Positions 17,275 through 26,741 of a stretch of 64,000 nucleotides of DNA are shown here, in pieces. Within the stretch, counting starts at the first letter, position 1. Each line of letters opens with the position of its first letter. Source of the DNA: Acidimicrobiia bacterium (GTDB taxonomy: Bacteria > Actinomycetota > Acidimicrobiia > Spongiisociales > ZC4RG35); assembly GCA_049578105.1 (NCBI GenBank), contig JBAULI010000017.1, positions 3 to 64,002 on the forward strand, written 5' to 3'. The notes below the pieces were generated by a model. That model saw only the letters and a list, made by a program, of their open reading frames with translations. It was not told the DNA's origin and did no database searches. Position numbers and translations under genes: made by a program.

Positions 17275-18697
17275 GGATGAGCCGGTGCTCATCGTCGACG
17301 ACCGTGTCGTCGGCGCTACCGGCGAGGTCATGGAGTCAGGGGTGAGTCTGGGGATGGCTCGTCGAGAAGCAGAGGCTCTCGCCCCTTTCGCCACTGTCAT
17401 GATCCGTGACTCCGGCGAAGAGGCGCGTCGCTTCGAGCCCGTGCTCGAGAGGATCGAGGATCTCATCCCCAGGGTCGAGGTCGTTTCCCCCGGTCTAGTG
17501 CTCATCCCCATCGGTGGGGCGGTTGGCTTCTACGGTGGTGAGACCGCCCTTGCCCGGCGTGTGGCAGATGTGCTCGAAGAGGCCACCGGCCAGATGCGGG
17601 GTGGAGGAGCCATGATCGGGATCGCCGATGGGCCATTTGCCGCCAGGTGGGCGGCGGCCACGGCGCGTGTCGGTGAGCCCAATGTGGTCTCGGACACCAT
17701 CCGCTTCCTCTCGGGCCTCGACCTGGTGGCGCTTCGTGAGAGCATCGACGCAGATGAGCTGATCGACACTTTCCGATGGCTGGGGATCTCCACTCTCGGC
17801 GAGTTGTCTCGTCTTCCCAGGGAGGCACTCGCCACTCGTTTCGGGAGCCCGGGGCTTCTGGCACATCGTCTCGCAAGTGGTGATGACCGGGCGGTCGACC
17901 CAAGGCAAGTGCCTTTGGATCTTGCGGTAGATGCAGTCTTCGAAGAGCCACTCGTCGATCTGGACTCGGTCGCCTTTGCCTCTCGGGCTCTCTCGGAGCG
18001 TTTGCTCAAATCCTTGAGAAAGGAGGGAATCGCCCCGCATCGGGTGGTCATCGTCGCCATTTCGGGATCTGGCGAGAAGAGAGAGCGTGTATGGCGCTCC
18101 GCCGATCCTTTCACCGAGCGGCAACTCTCAGATCGCGTGTGGTGGCAATTGCGCGCTTGGGTCGAGTCTGGCGGTGTGCCGGGTGGAATTGCTCGTCTTC
18201 GCATCGAGCCGGCAGATCTGTCGGATCACGGGAGGCAGCTGGGTCTGCTCCAGGACGAGACACCAATGATCGAGGCTGGACGGGCGCTGGCGCGGGCACA
18301 AGCCCTCGTCGGCCCCGATGGTGTCCTCCAGGGTCGGGCTCAGGGGGGGCGAATGCCGCAAGAGCGCGTTGCATGGTCACGATGGGGCGAGCCTCCGGTG
18401 ACGGCAGACAGGGACCCGTCTGCTCCATGGCCCGGTTCCACACCTTCCCCCTCCCCGGCACTGGTTCCCTCGAGCCCCGAGCCACTCGAGGTCGAGTGGG
18501 ATGACGGTGTGCCCACCAGGATCAGGCTTGGGACGAGATGGGAGCCGGTTCTCACCTGGAGCGGGCCCTGGCGTCTCAGCGGTCGTTGGTGGGCAGGTGA
18601 GATGGACGTCGATCGTTATCAACTCGTGACCTCGGTGGGGGCATTGCTCTGCACGGTTTCTGAAGGCAGGGCATATCTCGCCGGGATATACGACTGA
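17210..18697 (+). CDS. imuB: ImuB, Y-family-polymerase-like mutasome subunit
   Basis: N-terminus MKVRTLCVWFPMWSL…RREAEALAPFATVM…RRFEPVLERIEDLIPRVEVVSPGLVLI…FYGGE…IGIADGPFAARWAA closely follows the ImuB pattern (R.L.LWxPdWp … FEPV … GIAdg.FaA.lAA). 495 aa. Confidence 0.8.
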   Translation: MKVRTLCVWFPMWSLGRPDAPEDEPVLIVDDRVVGATGEVMESGVSLGMARREAEALAPFATVMIRDSGEEARRFEPVLERIEDLIPRVEVVSPGLVLIPIGGAVGFYGGETALARRVADVLEEATGQMRGGGAMIGIADGPFAARWAAATARVGEPNVVSDTIRFLSGLDLVALRESIDADELIDTFRWLGISTLGELSRLPREALATRFGSPGLLAHRLASGDDRAVDPRQVPLDLAVDAVFEEPLVDLDSVAFASRALSERLLKSLRKEGIAPHRVVIVAISGSGEKRERVWRSADPFTERQLSDRVWWQLRAWVESGGVPGGIARLRIEPADLSDHGRQLGLLQDETPMIEAGRALARAQALVGPDGVLQGRAQGGRMPQERVAWSRWGEPPVTADRDPSAPWPGSTPSPSPALVPSSPEPLEVEWDDGVPTRIRLGTRWEPVLTWSGPWRLSGRWWAGEMDVDRYQLVTSVGALLCTVSEGRAYLAGIYD

Positions 18698-18741
18698 CCG
18701 ATCGGACGGGCTGCTCGGCGCCCTTCCGTCTTACCGCTGCG

Positions 18742-19734
18742 TCAAGGCTCCAGCAAGACTGGATATTGGCGGATGTCGATCGCCGAGCCGTCCTTGGCCG
18801 AGTCGTCCCAGACGACGAGGGAACCCATCTGCCGACGATCGACCGTGTAGGGGATCGTGAAGTCGAAACTTCCCCATCCCGTGCCGAGGTCGGTCATGGC
18901 CTGGCCTTCGGCGAGGACATGGTCCTCGGCATCGGTCAGTCTGTAGAGAAATGCAGCTTCGAAGACGGCGCCGAACCCAGTGACACGCAACGGGTTGGAG
19001 GCGCGACCCCCGTACACCGGGCGCTCTATGTCGAGCGCCGCTGCGAATTCCAGATAGTCGTCCCGCGTGACTGGCCGATCCACCAGTTGCCCATCACCGG
19101 TTTGAGCCTGGATCTTCAGGCCGTCCTGATGGAATTCGACCCGGTCAACGGTGTCGAAGCGTGTGAGGGTGAACACGACCTGGGCGAGCCGCTGAGCGGT
19201 GGCCGCTGATGCATCGCTTCCCTCGAACTCCGACGAGAGGTCGATGGTTGCAAGACCGTCCTCGATGTCGAGACCGAGCACGTCGACACCCTCGGGTATG
19301 AGTGTCGAGATCTCCGGGATGTCGGAGACGGTATCCGCCGATGGGCCGGCCAGAAGCTCCTCGATGGCAGCCCGGGCGACGGCGAGTGTGTGGGGCACCA
19401 CTCTGGCCACCGGGACCAGGAAGGGCCCTGGGCGTTCCGGATGGCCGGCCTCATCGATGTAGAAATAGACCCCGAGCTCGATCGGCCCCGCCGGTTGTGT
19501 GGTCGTGGTCGTCGAGGCAGCGATCGTCGTCGTGGTGGTCGCAGTCGTGGTAGGGGTGGTGCTGGATGAGGGGGCGGGGGCGGTGGTGCTCGGCGTCGAC
19601 ATCGAAGTCGAGGTGGATCCAGGGATGGTGGTTTGACCGGGGCCCACCGCGGTGGTGCTGGTAGTCGATGCGACGCCACCACAAGCAGCGACGATCATGG
19701 CCAGGCAAGTGAGAGCCGTCATCGGCTTCCGCAT
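18742..19734 (-). CDS. Lipoprotein with GerMN and Gmad2 (Ig-like) domains and an S/T-rich linker
   Basis: Signal/lipobox MTALTCLAMIVAACGG, then a Thr/Ser/Pro-rich linker, then a GerMN-like region (…GPFLVPVARVV…AAIEELLAGPS…) and a C-terminal Gmad2-like region. RBS GAGGAG 6 nt before the ATG at 19734. Paralog of 46837-47757. Confidence 0.65.
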   Translation of the reverse strand: MRKPMTALTCLAMIVAACGGVASTTSTTAVGPGQTTIPGSTSTSMSTPSTTAPAPSSSTTPTTTATTTTTIAASTTTTTQPAGPIELGVYFYIDEAGHPERPGPFLVPVARVVPHTLAVARAAIEELLAGPSADTVSDIPEISTLIPEGVDVLGLDIEDGLATIDLSSEFEGSDASAATAQRLAQVVFTLTRFDTVDRVEFHQDGLKIQAQTGDGQLVDRPVTRDDYLEFAAALDIERPVYGGRASNPLRVTGFGAVFEAAFLYRLTDAEDHVLAEGQAMTDLGTGWGSFDFTIPYTVDRRQMGSLVVWDDSAKDGSAIDIRQYPVLLEP

Positions 19735-19828
19735 CAGATACTCCTCGATAGGTTTCGGCACTGTCACCGATGAGACGTTGCGGTGAGCTCTCCCGGGTGA
19801 CGTCTCGTCTGTCTTCCGGTGACCGGGG

Positions 19829-20572
19829 TCAGACTCCTACCTGGCCTCCGAGCGCGGCGACCCGACCGGCAATCTGATCGAAGACCTCGTCTCGAAGCGC
19901 TCCGGTGTCGCTGTGTGTGAGGCCTTCGGTCTCGATCGGCTTGTCGATCACGGCGGTAACGGTTCCGCCGTGCAGCCACGGCTGACCGGGTGGCCAGGCT
20001 CGAAACGAGCCGTGGATGGTCAGGGGGAGCACGGGCAGTTGCCCGGCGATGGCCATGGTGAAGGCGCCCTTCTTGAACCCCCTCAGAACGCCATCTCTGG
20101 GTCTGGTGCCCTCGGGGTAGATGATGAGGCTTCGACCTGCGGCGATCAGATCCTTGGCTTGCTGGTTGACGCGGGCGTGTATCGCCCCCCTTGCCTCGCG
20201 GTCGACTTCGACGATGCCAACGGCGCGCATTCCCTGGGCCAGGACCGGGATCCGGAACAGTTCCTTCTTGGCGAGAAAGCGGATCGGGAACGGGACGGCA
20301 AGGAGACAGGCCATTATGTCGAGGGCCGATTGATGGTTGGCCACCACGACATAGGATCGCTGCGGATCGAGGTTGGCCGAGCCCTCGACGATCAACTTCG
20401 TGCCGGATGTGAACAGCCAGATCCGGCTCCAGCTGCGGATTATCTCGTCGATCACCGGTGAGGTGTCGTCGAAGAGCGCGATGACGAGAATGACGGCCAC
20501 GGCGACGATCGTGGCCGCGACCCCACACGTGACGCAGATGATCGTCCGCGGCACGTCGATGATCATTCGCAT
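19829..20572 (-). CDS. plsC: 1-acyl-sn-glycerol-3-phosphate acyltransferase (lysophospholipid acyltransferase family)
   Basis: N-terminal TM helix. HX4D motif VVANHQSALD. …FPEGTRPRDG… (PEGTR motif). Confidence 0.8.
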   Translation of the reverse strand: MRMIIDVPRTIICVTCGVAATIVAVAVILVIALFDDTSPVIDEIIRSWSRIWLFTSGTKLIVEGSANLDPQRSYVVVANHQSALDIMACLLAVPFPIRFLAKKELFRIPVLAQGMRAVGIVEVDREARGAIHARVNQQAKDLIAAGRSLIIYPEGTRPRDGVLRGFKKGAFTMAIAGQLPVLPLTIHGSFRAWPPGQPWLHGGTVTAVIDKPIETEGLTHSDTGALRDEVFDQIAGRVAALGGQVGV

Positions 20573-20600
20573 CGTTCGAGCCTAGTTCTGGCCCCTAGCC

Positions 20601-21155
20601 TTGCGGGTGATGGAAAAGACAACGCTCAGGTCCGAGATGAGGGCGATCGACGACCTGCCCCCGGATAGCGAATCGGCGGTCGTCGACGGCCTGTTCGCCT
20701 GGCTGTCCGGTCGCCTGCCCGGCACCATCTCCGGTTATCTGGCGATGCCCGGAGAGGTGGATCTCGAGCCCTTGCTATTGCGTCTCCCCGGCTGGCGATG
20801 GATCCTTCCGCGGGTCGAGGAAGATGGCTCGCTGACATTTCGTGATGTCGATGCCCCCAGGGAGAGACACCCTTTCGGAATGGAACAGCCGGCAGATTCA
20901 GGGCCGATCGTCCCGGTGGCCGAGATCGACGTCCTTCTGGTGCCGGGGCTTGCCTTCGACCTGCGCGGTGACCGTCTCGGGAACGGGGCCGGTCATTACG
21001 ACCGAGTGCTATCGGGGCTTCGCTCCGGAGCCGAGACCATCGGCATCGCCCCTGCGGCTCGTGTCGTCGAAGAGGTTCCGATCGAGCCGCACGACCAACG
21101 GGTTCGGTGGTTGGCGACCGAGCAGGGTGTCATCCGCTGCCATCCCAGTATGTGA
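20601..21155 (+). CDS. 5-formyltetrahydrofolate cyclo-ligase
   Basis: …GYLAMPGEVDLEPLL… and …LLVPGLAFDLRGDRLGNGAGHYDRVL… are the MTHFS family signature motifs. Confidence 0.8.
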   Translation: MRVMEKTTLRSEMRAIDDLPPDSESAVVDGLFAWLSGRLPGTISGYLAMPGEVDLEPLLLRLPGWRWILPRVEEDGSLTFRDVDAPRERHPFGMEQPADSGPIVPVAEIDVLLVPGLAFDLRGDRLGNGAGHYDRVLSGLRSGAETIGIAPAARVVEEVPIEPHDQRVRWLATEQGVIRCHPSM

Positions 21156-21546
21156 TCCGATCGACTTTCAACACGACGGCAGGGCCAGAGGGTGGCCGTT
21201 CTCGATAGTGGTGGTACTTGCCGGCCAGGGCAACGCGGGCAGTCTCCCATTCCGTGCCTCGGGTCACGACGATCGCCGCCCCGTCGACCCGCACCCACCA
21301 CAGCTGCGTCCAGTCGTCCTCGTAATGATCTGCCAACACCGAGGCACGAGGGTTGAGCCGGACATTGGCGAGTCGCTTCAGCTCGTTGCTCGCCTTGGGC
21401 TTGTGATCGACCATGTGCACGATCTGACCATCGACGACCGCAAACGTGATGGGGACGACGTGCGGCCACCCGGTCTTGGTGATGGTTGCGAACCTGGCCA
21501 CGCGTTCGGCCTCGAGACGCTCGAGGGCCTCAGGTTCGTTCATGCA
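21130..21546 (-). CDS. PPOX-class F420-dependent oxidoreductase (pyridoxamine 5'-phosphate oxidase-like)
   Basis: …ARFATITKTGWPHVVPITFAVVDGQIVHMVDHKPKASNELKRLANVRLNPRASVLADHYEDDWTQLWWVRVDG… is the typical F420-dependent PPOX-class split-barrel sequence. Start chosen at MNEPEAL. Confidence 0.75.
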   Translation of the reverse strand, partial: CMNEPEALERLEAERVARFATITKTGWPHVVPITFAVVDGQIVHMVDHKPKASNELKRLANVRLNPRASVLADHYEDDWTQLWWVRVDGAAIVVTRGTEWETARVALAGKYHHYRERPPSGPAVVLKVDRITYWDGSG

Positions 21547-22276
21547 AGCCCGATAGCAGGGGCTCGAGAGTCCGCCATGCCGAGTCGGCCCAGCGGCGGT
21601 GCCCGGCCGGGCTGACATGGAACAGATCTGCCGACCAGAGCCCAGGATCCTGGTACCACAGGCTCGGGTTGTCCGAGCGCTGGTCGACGACATAGGCGCC
21701 ATGGCGACCCGCGACTTCATGATGGATGCGGTCGAAGGCGGCCGATCGTCTGGTCATCATGTTCCGAAGCGGGGGATACAAACGGGGGATGGTCCCCATG
21801 TCGCCGACGCCCGAGGTGATGATCAACGCTCCGGTGCTCTCGAGGGCCGACAAGAGATGGTCCAGATTCTCTTCGAAGGCACGGTGGGTGACGCCTTTGA
21901 TGGCGTCATTGGCTCCGACGGAGACCAGCACGAGGTGCGGTCCGTAGGCCAGGGCCGGTTCGAGCTGAGAGCGAATCAGATCGGATGCCTTGGATCCGCT
22001 GACGGCGTAGGAGCGAAGGTCGACGCGCCAAGTCTCGGCGAGTCGTTGACACAGCACGGAGACCCAGATGTCTTCTGGCCCGTTGACACCGGGGGCCGTC
22101 ACCGAGGAGTCGCCGAGCACGACCACCCGCAATTCTGGGTGGATTGGATCGCCGAATCGGCCCGACGGGTCGAATTCCTGGAGCTCGGGAACGGGTCTCA
22201 GCACCGCATAAGCGACCTCGGCGCCTACGACGATCGCTCCGGCAGTGAATCCCTTCTTGAGAAGACCAGTAACCAT
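21530..22276 (-). CDS. SGNH/GDSL family hydrolase
   Basis: VVVLGDSSVTAPG (GDS block), …SVGANDAIKG… and …ITSGVGDMG… blocks of the SGNH fold. Confidence 0.75.
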   Translation of the reverse strand: MVTGLLKKGFTAGAIVVGAEVAYAVLRPVPELQEFDPSGRFGDPIHPELRVVVLGDSSVTAPGVNGPEDIWVSVLCQRLAETWRVDLRSYAVSGSKASDLIRSQLEPALAYGPHLVLVSVGANDAIKGVTHRAFEENLDHLLSALESTGALIITSGVGDMGTIPRLYPPLRNMMTRRSAAFDRIHHEVAGRHGAYVVDQRSDNPSLWYQDPGLWSADLFHVSPAGHRRWADSAWRTLEPLLSGLHERT

Positions 22277-22295
22277 CGATTCACCTGTGGTCGAT

Positions 22296-22628
22296 TCAGC
22301 TGGTGGCTTCTTCGATCCTCGCTTTGAGCCCGTATCGGCCCTTGGCTCCGGTCAGGTCGATGATGGCGCCGGCGGCATCCGAGAAGGCGGACGGATCGTC
22401 GGGGAAGAACTCGAAGTGGTCACCCTCGATGTCGAAGGCGAACCGATAGATCGAGGTCCGTTGGATCTCCAGACGGTGGAGCGACCACGAGCCCATGTGT
22501 CTCTTCCCTGCCGTTATGCGCAGGCGTCCTTCATCGATCTCGATCGTGACCGAAGTCGGCTCGAGCCGATGTCCCTGTAAGCGCCCCTCGTAATAAGCCA
22601 TCCCGCCACATAACTTAGTCGCTTTCAT
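22296..22628 (-). CDS. Hypothetical small protein (shares a motif with the N-terminal domain of 14928-15635)
   Basis: Start chosen at MKATK (AGGGAGG precedes it but the spacing is very short). The alternative start is MAYYEG at 22601. Sits between marR and the SGNH hydrolase on the same strand. Confidence 0.4.
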   Translation of the reverse strand: MKATKLCGGMAYYEGRLQGHRLEPTSVTIEIDEGRLRITAGKRHMGSWSLHRLEIQRTSIYRFAFDIEGDHFEFFPDDPSAFSDAAGAIIDLTGAKGRYGLKARIEEATS

Positions 22629-22668
22629 CCTCCCTGAACAGGGGAGATAGATCAATAGTCGCCTCGTG

Positions 22669-23214
22669 TCACACCCTTTGGGGATCGACGACCACGTCGC
22701 CTGCCATCCGTCGGATGGGGCCGAGTCGACGGGTGAGACCATCCAGCTCGTCGTCATCGAGGCCAATCGAGGAAAACACCGTATTCACTCTCTCCGTCGC
22801 CGACCTCAGGGTGTCCCTGCCCCGTTGGAGCAACACCGCCAGGACGACTCGATTGTCGATCTCGTCGGTCTCCCTCCTGATCATGGCGTCTCGCTCCAGT
22901 CTCTTGACCGCACTCGTCACACTGGCCGGGTGGACCTGTAAGCGTTGGCCGATCTTGCCCATGGGCAACCGGCCATTGCGGGTGAACCCGAGTAGTCGAA
23001 GGATCTCGAAACGGGCAAAGGTCAGGCCCTCGGGGGCCAGCGCCTCCTCGACCCTCGACACCAGGATCTGGTGAACCCTCACGATCGTGGTGACGGCCGC
23101 CATCCCAGCGGCCGCCTCCTGCCAGCCATGTGCCACCCATTGGCGTCTCGCCTCGGCAATGGGGTCGAGAAGGGCGAGGGCGCGTTCAGGTGTTCCTGGA
23201 TCGTCCACTTTCAT
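22669..23214 (-). CDS. MarR family transcriptional regulator
   Basis: Winged HTH: …LTFARFEILRLLGFTRNGRLPMGKIGQRLQVHPASVTSAVKRLERDAMIRRETDEIDNRVVLAVL…. Confidence 0.85.
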   Translation of the reverse strand: MKVDDPGTPERALALLDPIAEARRQWVAHGWQEAAAGMAAVTTIVRVHQILVSRVEEALAPEGLTFARFEILRLLGFTRNGRLPMGKIGQRLQVHPASVTSAVKRLERDAMIRRETDEIDNRVVLAVLLQRGRDTLRSATERVNTVFSSIGLDDDELDGLTRRLGPIRRMAGDVVVDPQRV

Positions 23215-23266
23215 GCTGACCCCACACTCGGTGATCCGTTCGTCATGACCTCCGGCCTTCCAGATC

Positions 23267-23280
23267 CTTTGACATCAAAG
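23267..23280. promoter_or_regulatory. Palindrome CTTTGA-CA-TCAAAG in the marR / icmF divergent intergenic region (candidate MarR operator)
   Basis: Perfect 6-bp arms with a 2-bp spacer, 19 bp upstream of the icmF ATG and about 50 bp upstream of the marR start. Confidence 0.3.
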
Positions 23281-23298
23281 TAATCTCACCATACACTA

Positions 23299-26200
23299 GT
23301 GAGGACGATGGATGGCTATCAACCGACGAACAAGATTCGCTTCGTCACTGCCACCTCGCTCTTCGACGGCCATGACGCCTCGATCAACATCTTCCGGCGA
23401 ATTCTCCAAGCCTCGGGTGCGGAGGTCATCCACCTCGGGCACAACCGGACCGGGTTGGACATAGTGGAAACCGCCATCGAGGAAGACGCTCACGCCATTG
23501 CCGTCACGTCGTATCAGGGTGGTCATCTCGAGTTCTACAAGTACCTGCGCGACCTGTTGGTGGAGCGTGGAGCGCCGCATGTCCGGATCTTCGGCGGTGG
23601 AGGGGGCACGATCCTTCCCGAAGAGGGCGCTGAGCTCGCCGAATATGGGATCACACGGATCTACTCGCCTGACGACGGTCGGACGATGGGTATGCAGGGG
23701 ATGGTCTATGACATGCTCGAGCGGTCAGACTTTCCCTCGGGTGAGCTGGACAGCGGTTTCGACCCTGCCCATCTGAGCACCACCCAGCATCAGATGATCG
23801 CCAAGCTCATCTCGGCGGCCGAGAACCACCAGGAGAAGTACCCGGACGTGTTCGCCGAGGTGGAGCAGCTCGCCGCATCGTCGTCTGCGCCCGTGGTGGG
23901 CATCACGGGGACCGGTGGATCGGGCAAGTCGAGTCTGGTCGACGAGATGATCCGCAGACTGCTCCTGGACGCCCCGGAGCTGAGTCTCGCGGTGATCTCG
24001 GTCGACCCCTCGAAGCGGAGGTCCGGGGGCGCCCTCCTCGGTGACCGGATCAGGATGAACGCCATCCCACATCGGCGTGCCTACATGCGCTCGCTGGCGA
24101 CTCGTCAGTCCAACCTCGCCCTCTCTCCCCACATCCCCCATGTGATCGACGTGGTCAAGGCGGCAGGCTTCGACTTGGTGTTGCTGGAAACTTCAGGGAT
24201 CGGTCAGTCCGACACCGAGATCGTCGACTTCTCCGACGTCGCGGTCTATGTGATGACACCCGAATACGGCGCGGCGACCCAATTGGAGAAGATCGACATG
24301 CTCGACTTCGCCGATCTGATCGCGATCAACAAGGCCGACAAGGCAGGTGCCCAGGATGCTCTCCGGGACGTCCGCAAGCAGTACAAGCGAAACCGGCTCG
24401 AATTCAGTGCCGAGGACGCCGATTTGCCGATCCACCTGACGGTGGCCTCGGACTTCAACGACCCCGGCACCAACAGGTTCTACGCCGCTCTGGTCGATGT
24501 CCTCGGCGGAGCAGGGCTTCACATGCCACCGATACCGGCTCGTCCGGTCGGAGACGCGAGCAAGCAGCACGTCGTGCCTCCAGAACGCAGTCGCTACCTC
24601 GCCGAGATCGTGGAGCGGATACGCGAATACGACAAATGGGCCGGTGCCCAATCGGAGTTGGCCGAGAGGCTCTATCGGTTGGCCGGGGCATCCGAGGAGG
24701 GTGCAGATGTCGACGATCGGCTCGAGCGGGTCTCGAGTGAATTGGACCCCGCCAACCTGCAGGCACTGGATGATTGGGACGAGCTCGTCGAGCGATATGG
24801 GGGGGACGAGCTCACATATCGGGTGCGTGACCGGGAATTCACGGTGTCGTTGCGCGAGGAGACACTGAGCCACACCTCTATCCCCAAGGTCTCGCTGCCA
24901 CGTTTCCGGTCGTGGGGCGACCGCCTCAGATGGCTGCTACAGGAGAACGTGCCCGGTGAGTATCCGTTCACCGCCGGAGTGTTCCCGTTCAAGAGTGGCG
25001 AGGAGGAGCCGGCCCGCATGTTCGCCGGGGAAGGCCCGCCCGAGCAGACCAATCGGCGGTTCCACTACTTGGCCGCAGGGATGACCTCCAAGCGCCTATC
25101 GACGGCATTCGACTCCGTGACCCTCTATGGGGACGAGCCCGATGAGCGACCCGACATCTACGGCAAGGTCGGCAACTCCGGTGTGTCGGTTGCCACCCTC
25201 GACGACGCCAAGAAGTTGTACTCGGGATTCGATCTCGTCGATCCGAGCACATCGGTCTCGATGACGATCAACGGCCCGGCCCCCATGATCCTCGCCTTCT
25301 TCCTGAACACCGCCATTGATCAGGCCTGCGAGAAACACATCATCGAGAACGGTCTCCAGGCTGAGGTGGAGTCGACGATCGCAGAGATATACGGGGATCG
25401 GCCACGGCCCCGGTATCACGGCGAATTGCCCCCTGGCAACGATGGGCTTGGGCTGATGCTGCTCGGTGTGACAGGCGATCAGGTGCTCCCGCCCGAGGTG
25501 TACGAGCGCATCAAGTCAGACACGATCTCACGGGTGCGGGGCACGGTTCAGGCCGACATCTTGAAGGAGGATCAGGCACAAAACACCTGCATCTTCTCCA
25601 CCGAGTTCGCCCTTCGGATGATGGGTGACATCCAGCAATACTTCGTCGACAACGATGTCAGGAATTTCTATTCGGTCTCGATCAGCGGCTATCACATGGC
25701 CGAGGCCGGGGCCAACCCGATAACCCAACTCGCCTTCACGCTGGCCAACGGGTTCACCTATGTCGAGAACTATCTGGCCAGAGGCATGGAGGTCGATGAC
25801 TTCGCTCCCAACCTGTCCTTCTTCTTCTCGAACGGGATCGACGCCGAATATGCCGTCATCGGTCGGGTAGCGAGGAGGATATGGGCCAAGGCGATCAAAC
25901 ACCGATACGGTGGGAACGAGAGGTCGCAGAAGCTGAAATATCACATCCAGACGTCGGGCAGGTCGCTTCACGCCCAGGAGATCGGCTTCAACGACATCAG
26001 GACCACGCTTCAGGCCCTGTATGCGATCTACGACAACTGCAACAGCCTGCACACCAATGCCTATGACGAAGCGATAACGACGCCGACCGAGGAATCGGTG
26101 CGTCGCGCCCTGGCGATCCAGCTCATCATCAATCGCGAACTGGGGCTGGCCAAGAACGAGAACCCGTTGCAGGGAAGTTTCATAATCGAAGAGTTGACCG

Positions 26201-26637
26201 ACTTGGTGGAAGAAGCTGTCCTGCTCGAGTTCGAGCGTCTCAACGGTCGCGGGGGAGTGCTGGGGTCGATGGAGCGTCAATACCAGCGGACCAAGATCCA
26301 AGAGGAGTCGCTGTACTACGAGCAACGGAAGGAGTCCGGCGCCTATCCCGTCATCGGGGTCAACACCTTCATCTCCAAGGAGGGCTCACCTTTCGTCACT
26401 CCTGAGAAGCTGGTTCGCTCCAGTGGTGAAGACAAGGAGCGTCAGATCGCCAATCTGAGGGCATTCGTCGACCGTAATCGAGAGGTTTCGGCCTCGAGCC
26501 TGGCCGAGCTCCAACGTGTCGCCGTCGCCAATCAAAACACCTTCCACCAGCTGATGGAGACCACCAAAGTCGCCTCACTCGGTCAACTCTCCAATGCCCT
26601 ATATCAAGTCGGCGGGCAATATCGCCGCAACATGTGA
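23299..26637 (+). CDS. icmF: Fused isobutyryl-CoA mutase IcmF (B12-binding domain, MeaB-like GTPase, mutase catalytic domain)
   Basis: N-terminal B12-binding domain (…[14 protein letters not shown]…VIHLGHNRT…), central G-protein chaperone ([16 protein letters not shown]…INKADK) and a C-terminal acyl-CoA mutase substrate domain. 1112 aa matches the IcmF architecture. Confidence 0.85.
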   Translation: MRTMDGYQPTNKIRFVTATSLFDGHDASINIFRRILQASGAEVIHLGHNRTGLDIVETAIEEDAHAIAVTSYQGGHLEFYKYLRDLLVERGAPHVRIFGGGGGTILPEEGAELAEYGITRIYSPDDGRTMGMQGMVYDMLERSDFPSGELDSGFDPAHLSTTQHQMIAKLISAAENHQEKYPDVFAEVEQLAASSSAPVVGITGTGGSGKSSLVDEMIRRLLLDAPELSLAVISVDPSKRRSGGALLGDRIRMNAIPHRRAYMRSLATRQSNLALSPHIPHVIDVVKAAGFDLVLLETSGIGQSDTEIVDFSDVAVYVMTPEYGAATQLEKIDMLDFADLIAINKADKAGAQDALRDVRKQYKRNRLEFSAEDADLPIHLTVASDFNDPGTNRFYAALVDVLGGAGLHMPPIPARPVGDASKQHVVPPERSRYLAEIVERIREYDKWAGAQSELAERLYRLAGASEEGADVDDRLERVSSELDPANLQALDDWDELVERYGGDELTYRVRDREFTVSLREETLSHTSIPKVSLPRFRSWGDRLRWLLQENVPGEYPFTAGVFPFKSGEEEPARMFAGEGPPEQTNRRFHYLAAGMTSKRLSTAFDSVTLYGDEPDERPDIYGKVGNSGVSVATLDDAKKLYSGFDLVDPSTSVSMTINGPAPMILAFFLNTAIDQACEKHIIENGLQAEVESTIAEIYGDRPRPRYHGELPPGNDGLGLMLLGVTGDQVLPPEVYERIKSDTISRVRGTVQADILKEDQAQNTCIFSTEFALRMMGDIQQYFVDNDVRNFYSVSISGYHMAEAGANPITQLAFTLANGFTYVENYLARGMEVDDFAPNLSFFFSNGIDAEYAVIGRVARRIWAKAIKHRYGGNERSQKLKYHIQTSGRSLHAQEIGFNDIRTTLQALYAIYDNCNSLHTNAYDEAITTPTEESVRRALAIQLIINRELGLAKNENPLQGSFIIEELTDLVEEAVLLEFERLNGRGGVLGSMERQYQRTKIQEESLYYEQRKESGAYPVIGVNTFISKEGSPFVTPEKLVRSSGEDKERQIANLRAFVDRNREVSASSLAELQRVAVANQNTFHQLMETTKVASLGQLSNALYQVGGQYRRNM

Positions 26638-26680
26638 TGGGCCTTCATCGATGAGATGAATCTCCGTCTTGTCTTTCGAC

Positions 26681-26709
26681 TTACGATACGATACGGTATC
26701 GTTTCGTAA
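26681..26709. promoter_or_regulatory. Near-perfect 29-bp palindrome upstream of the MFS-TetR operon (candidate TetR operator)
   Basis: TTACGATACGATACGGTATCGTTTCGTAA: 13+13 bp arms with 2 mismatches. Lies 33 bp before the MFS start. The TetR gene is translationally coupled downstream. Confidence 0.45.
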
Positions 26710-26741
26710 TTCTCGGGTAGAGAGAGAACGGAGTCAGAGAA

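Noticed and set aside
18698-18741. Possible bidirectional terminator between convergent imuB and the GerMN lipoprotein gene
   Set aside because: Only a weak GACGG…CCGTC stem with a large loop and no T/A tracts.
19116-20528. R/P-rich ORFs (188 and 254 aa) overlapping the GerMN lipoprotein and plsC
   Set aside because: Shadow frames of real genes. Composition is dominated by Arg/Pro/Ser and no motifs are present.
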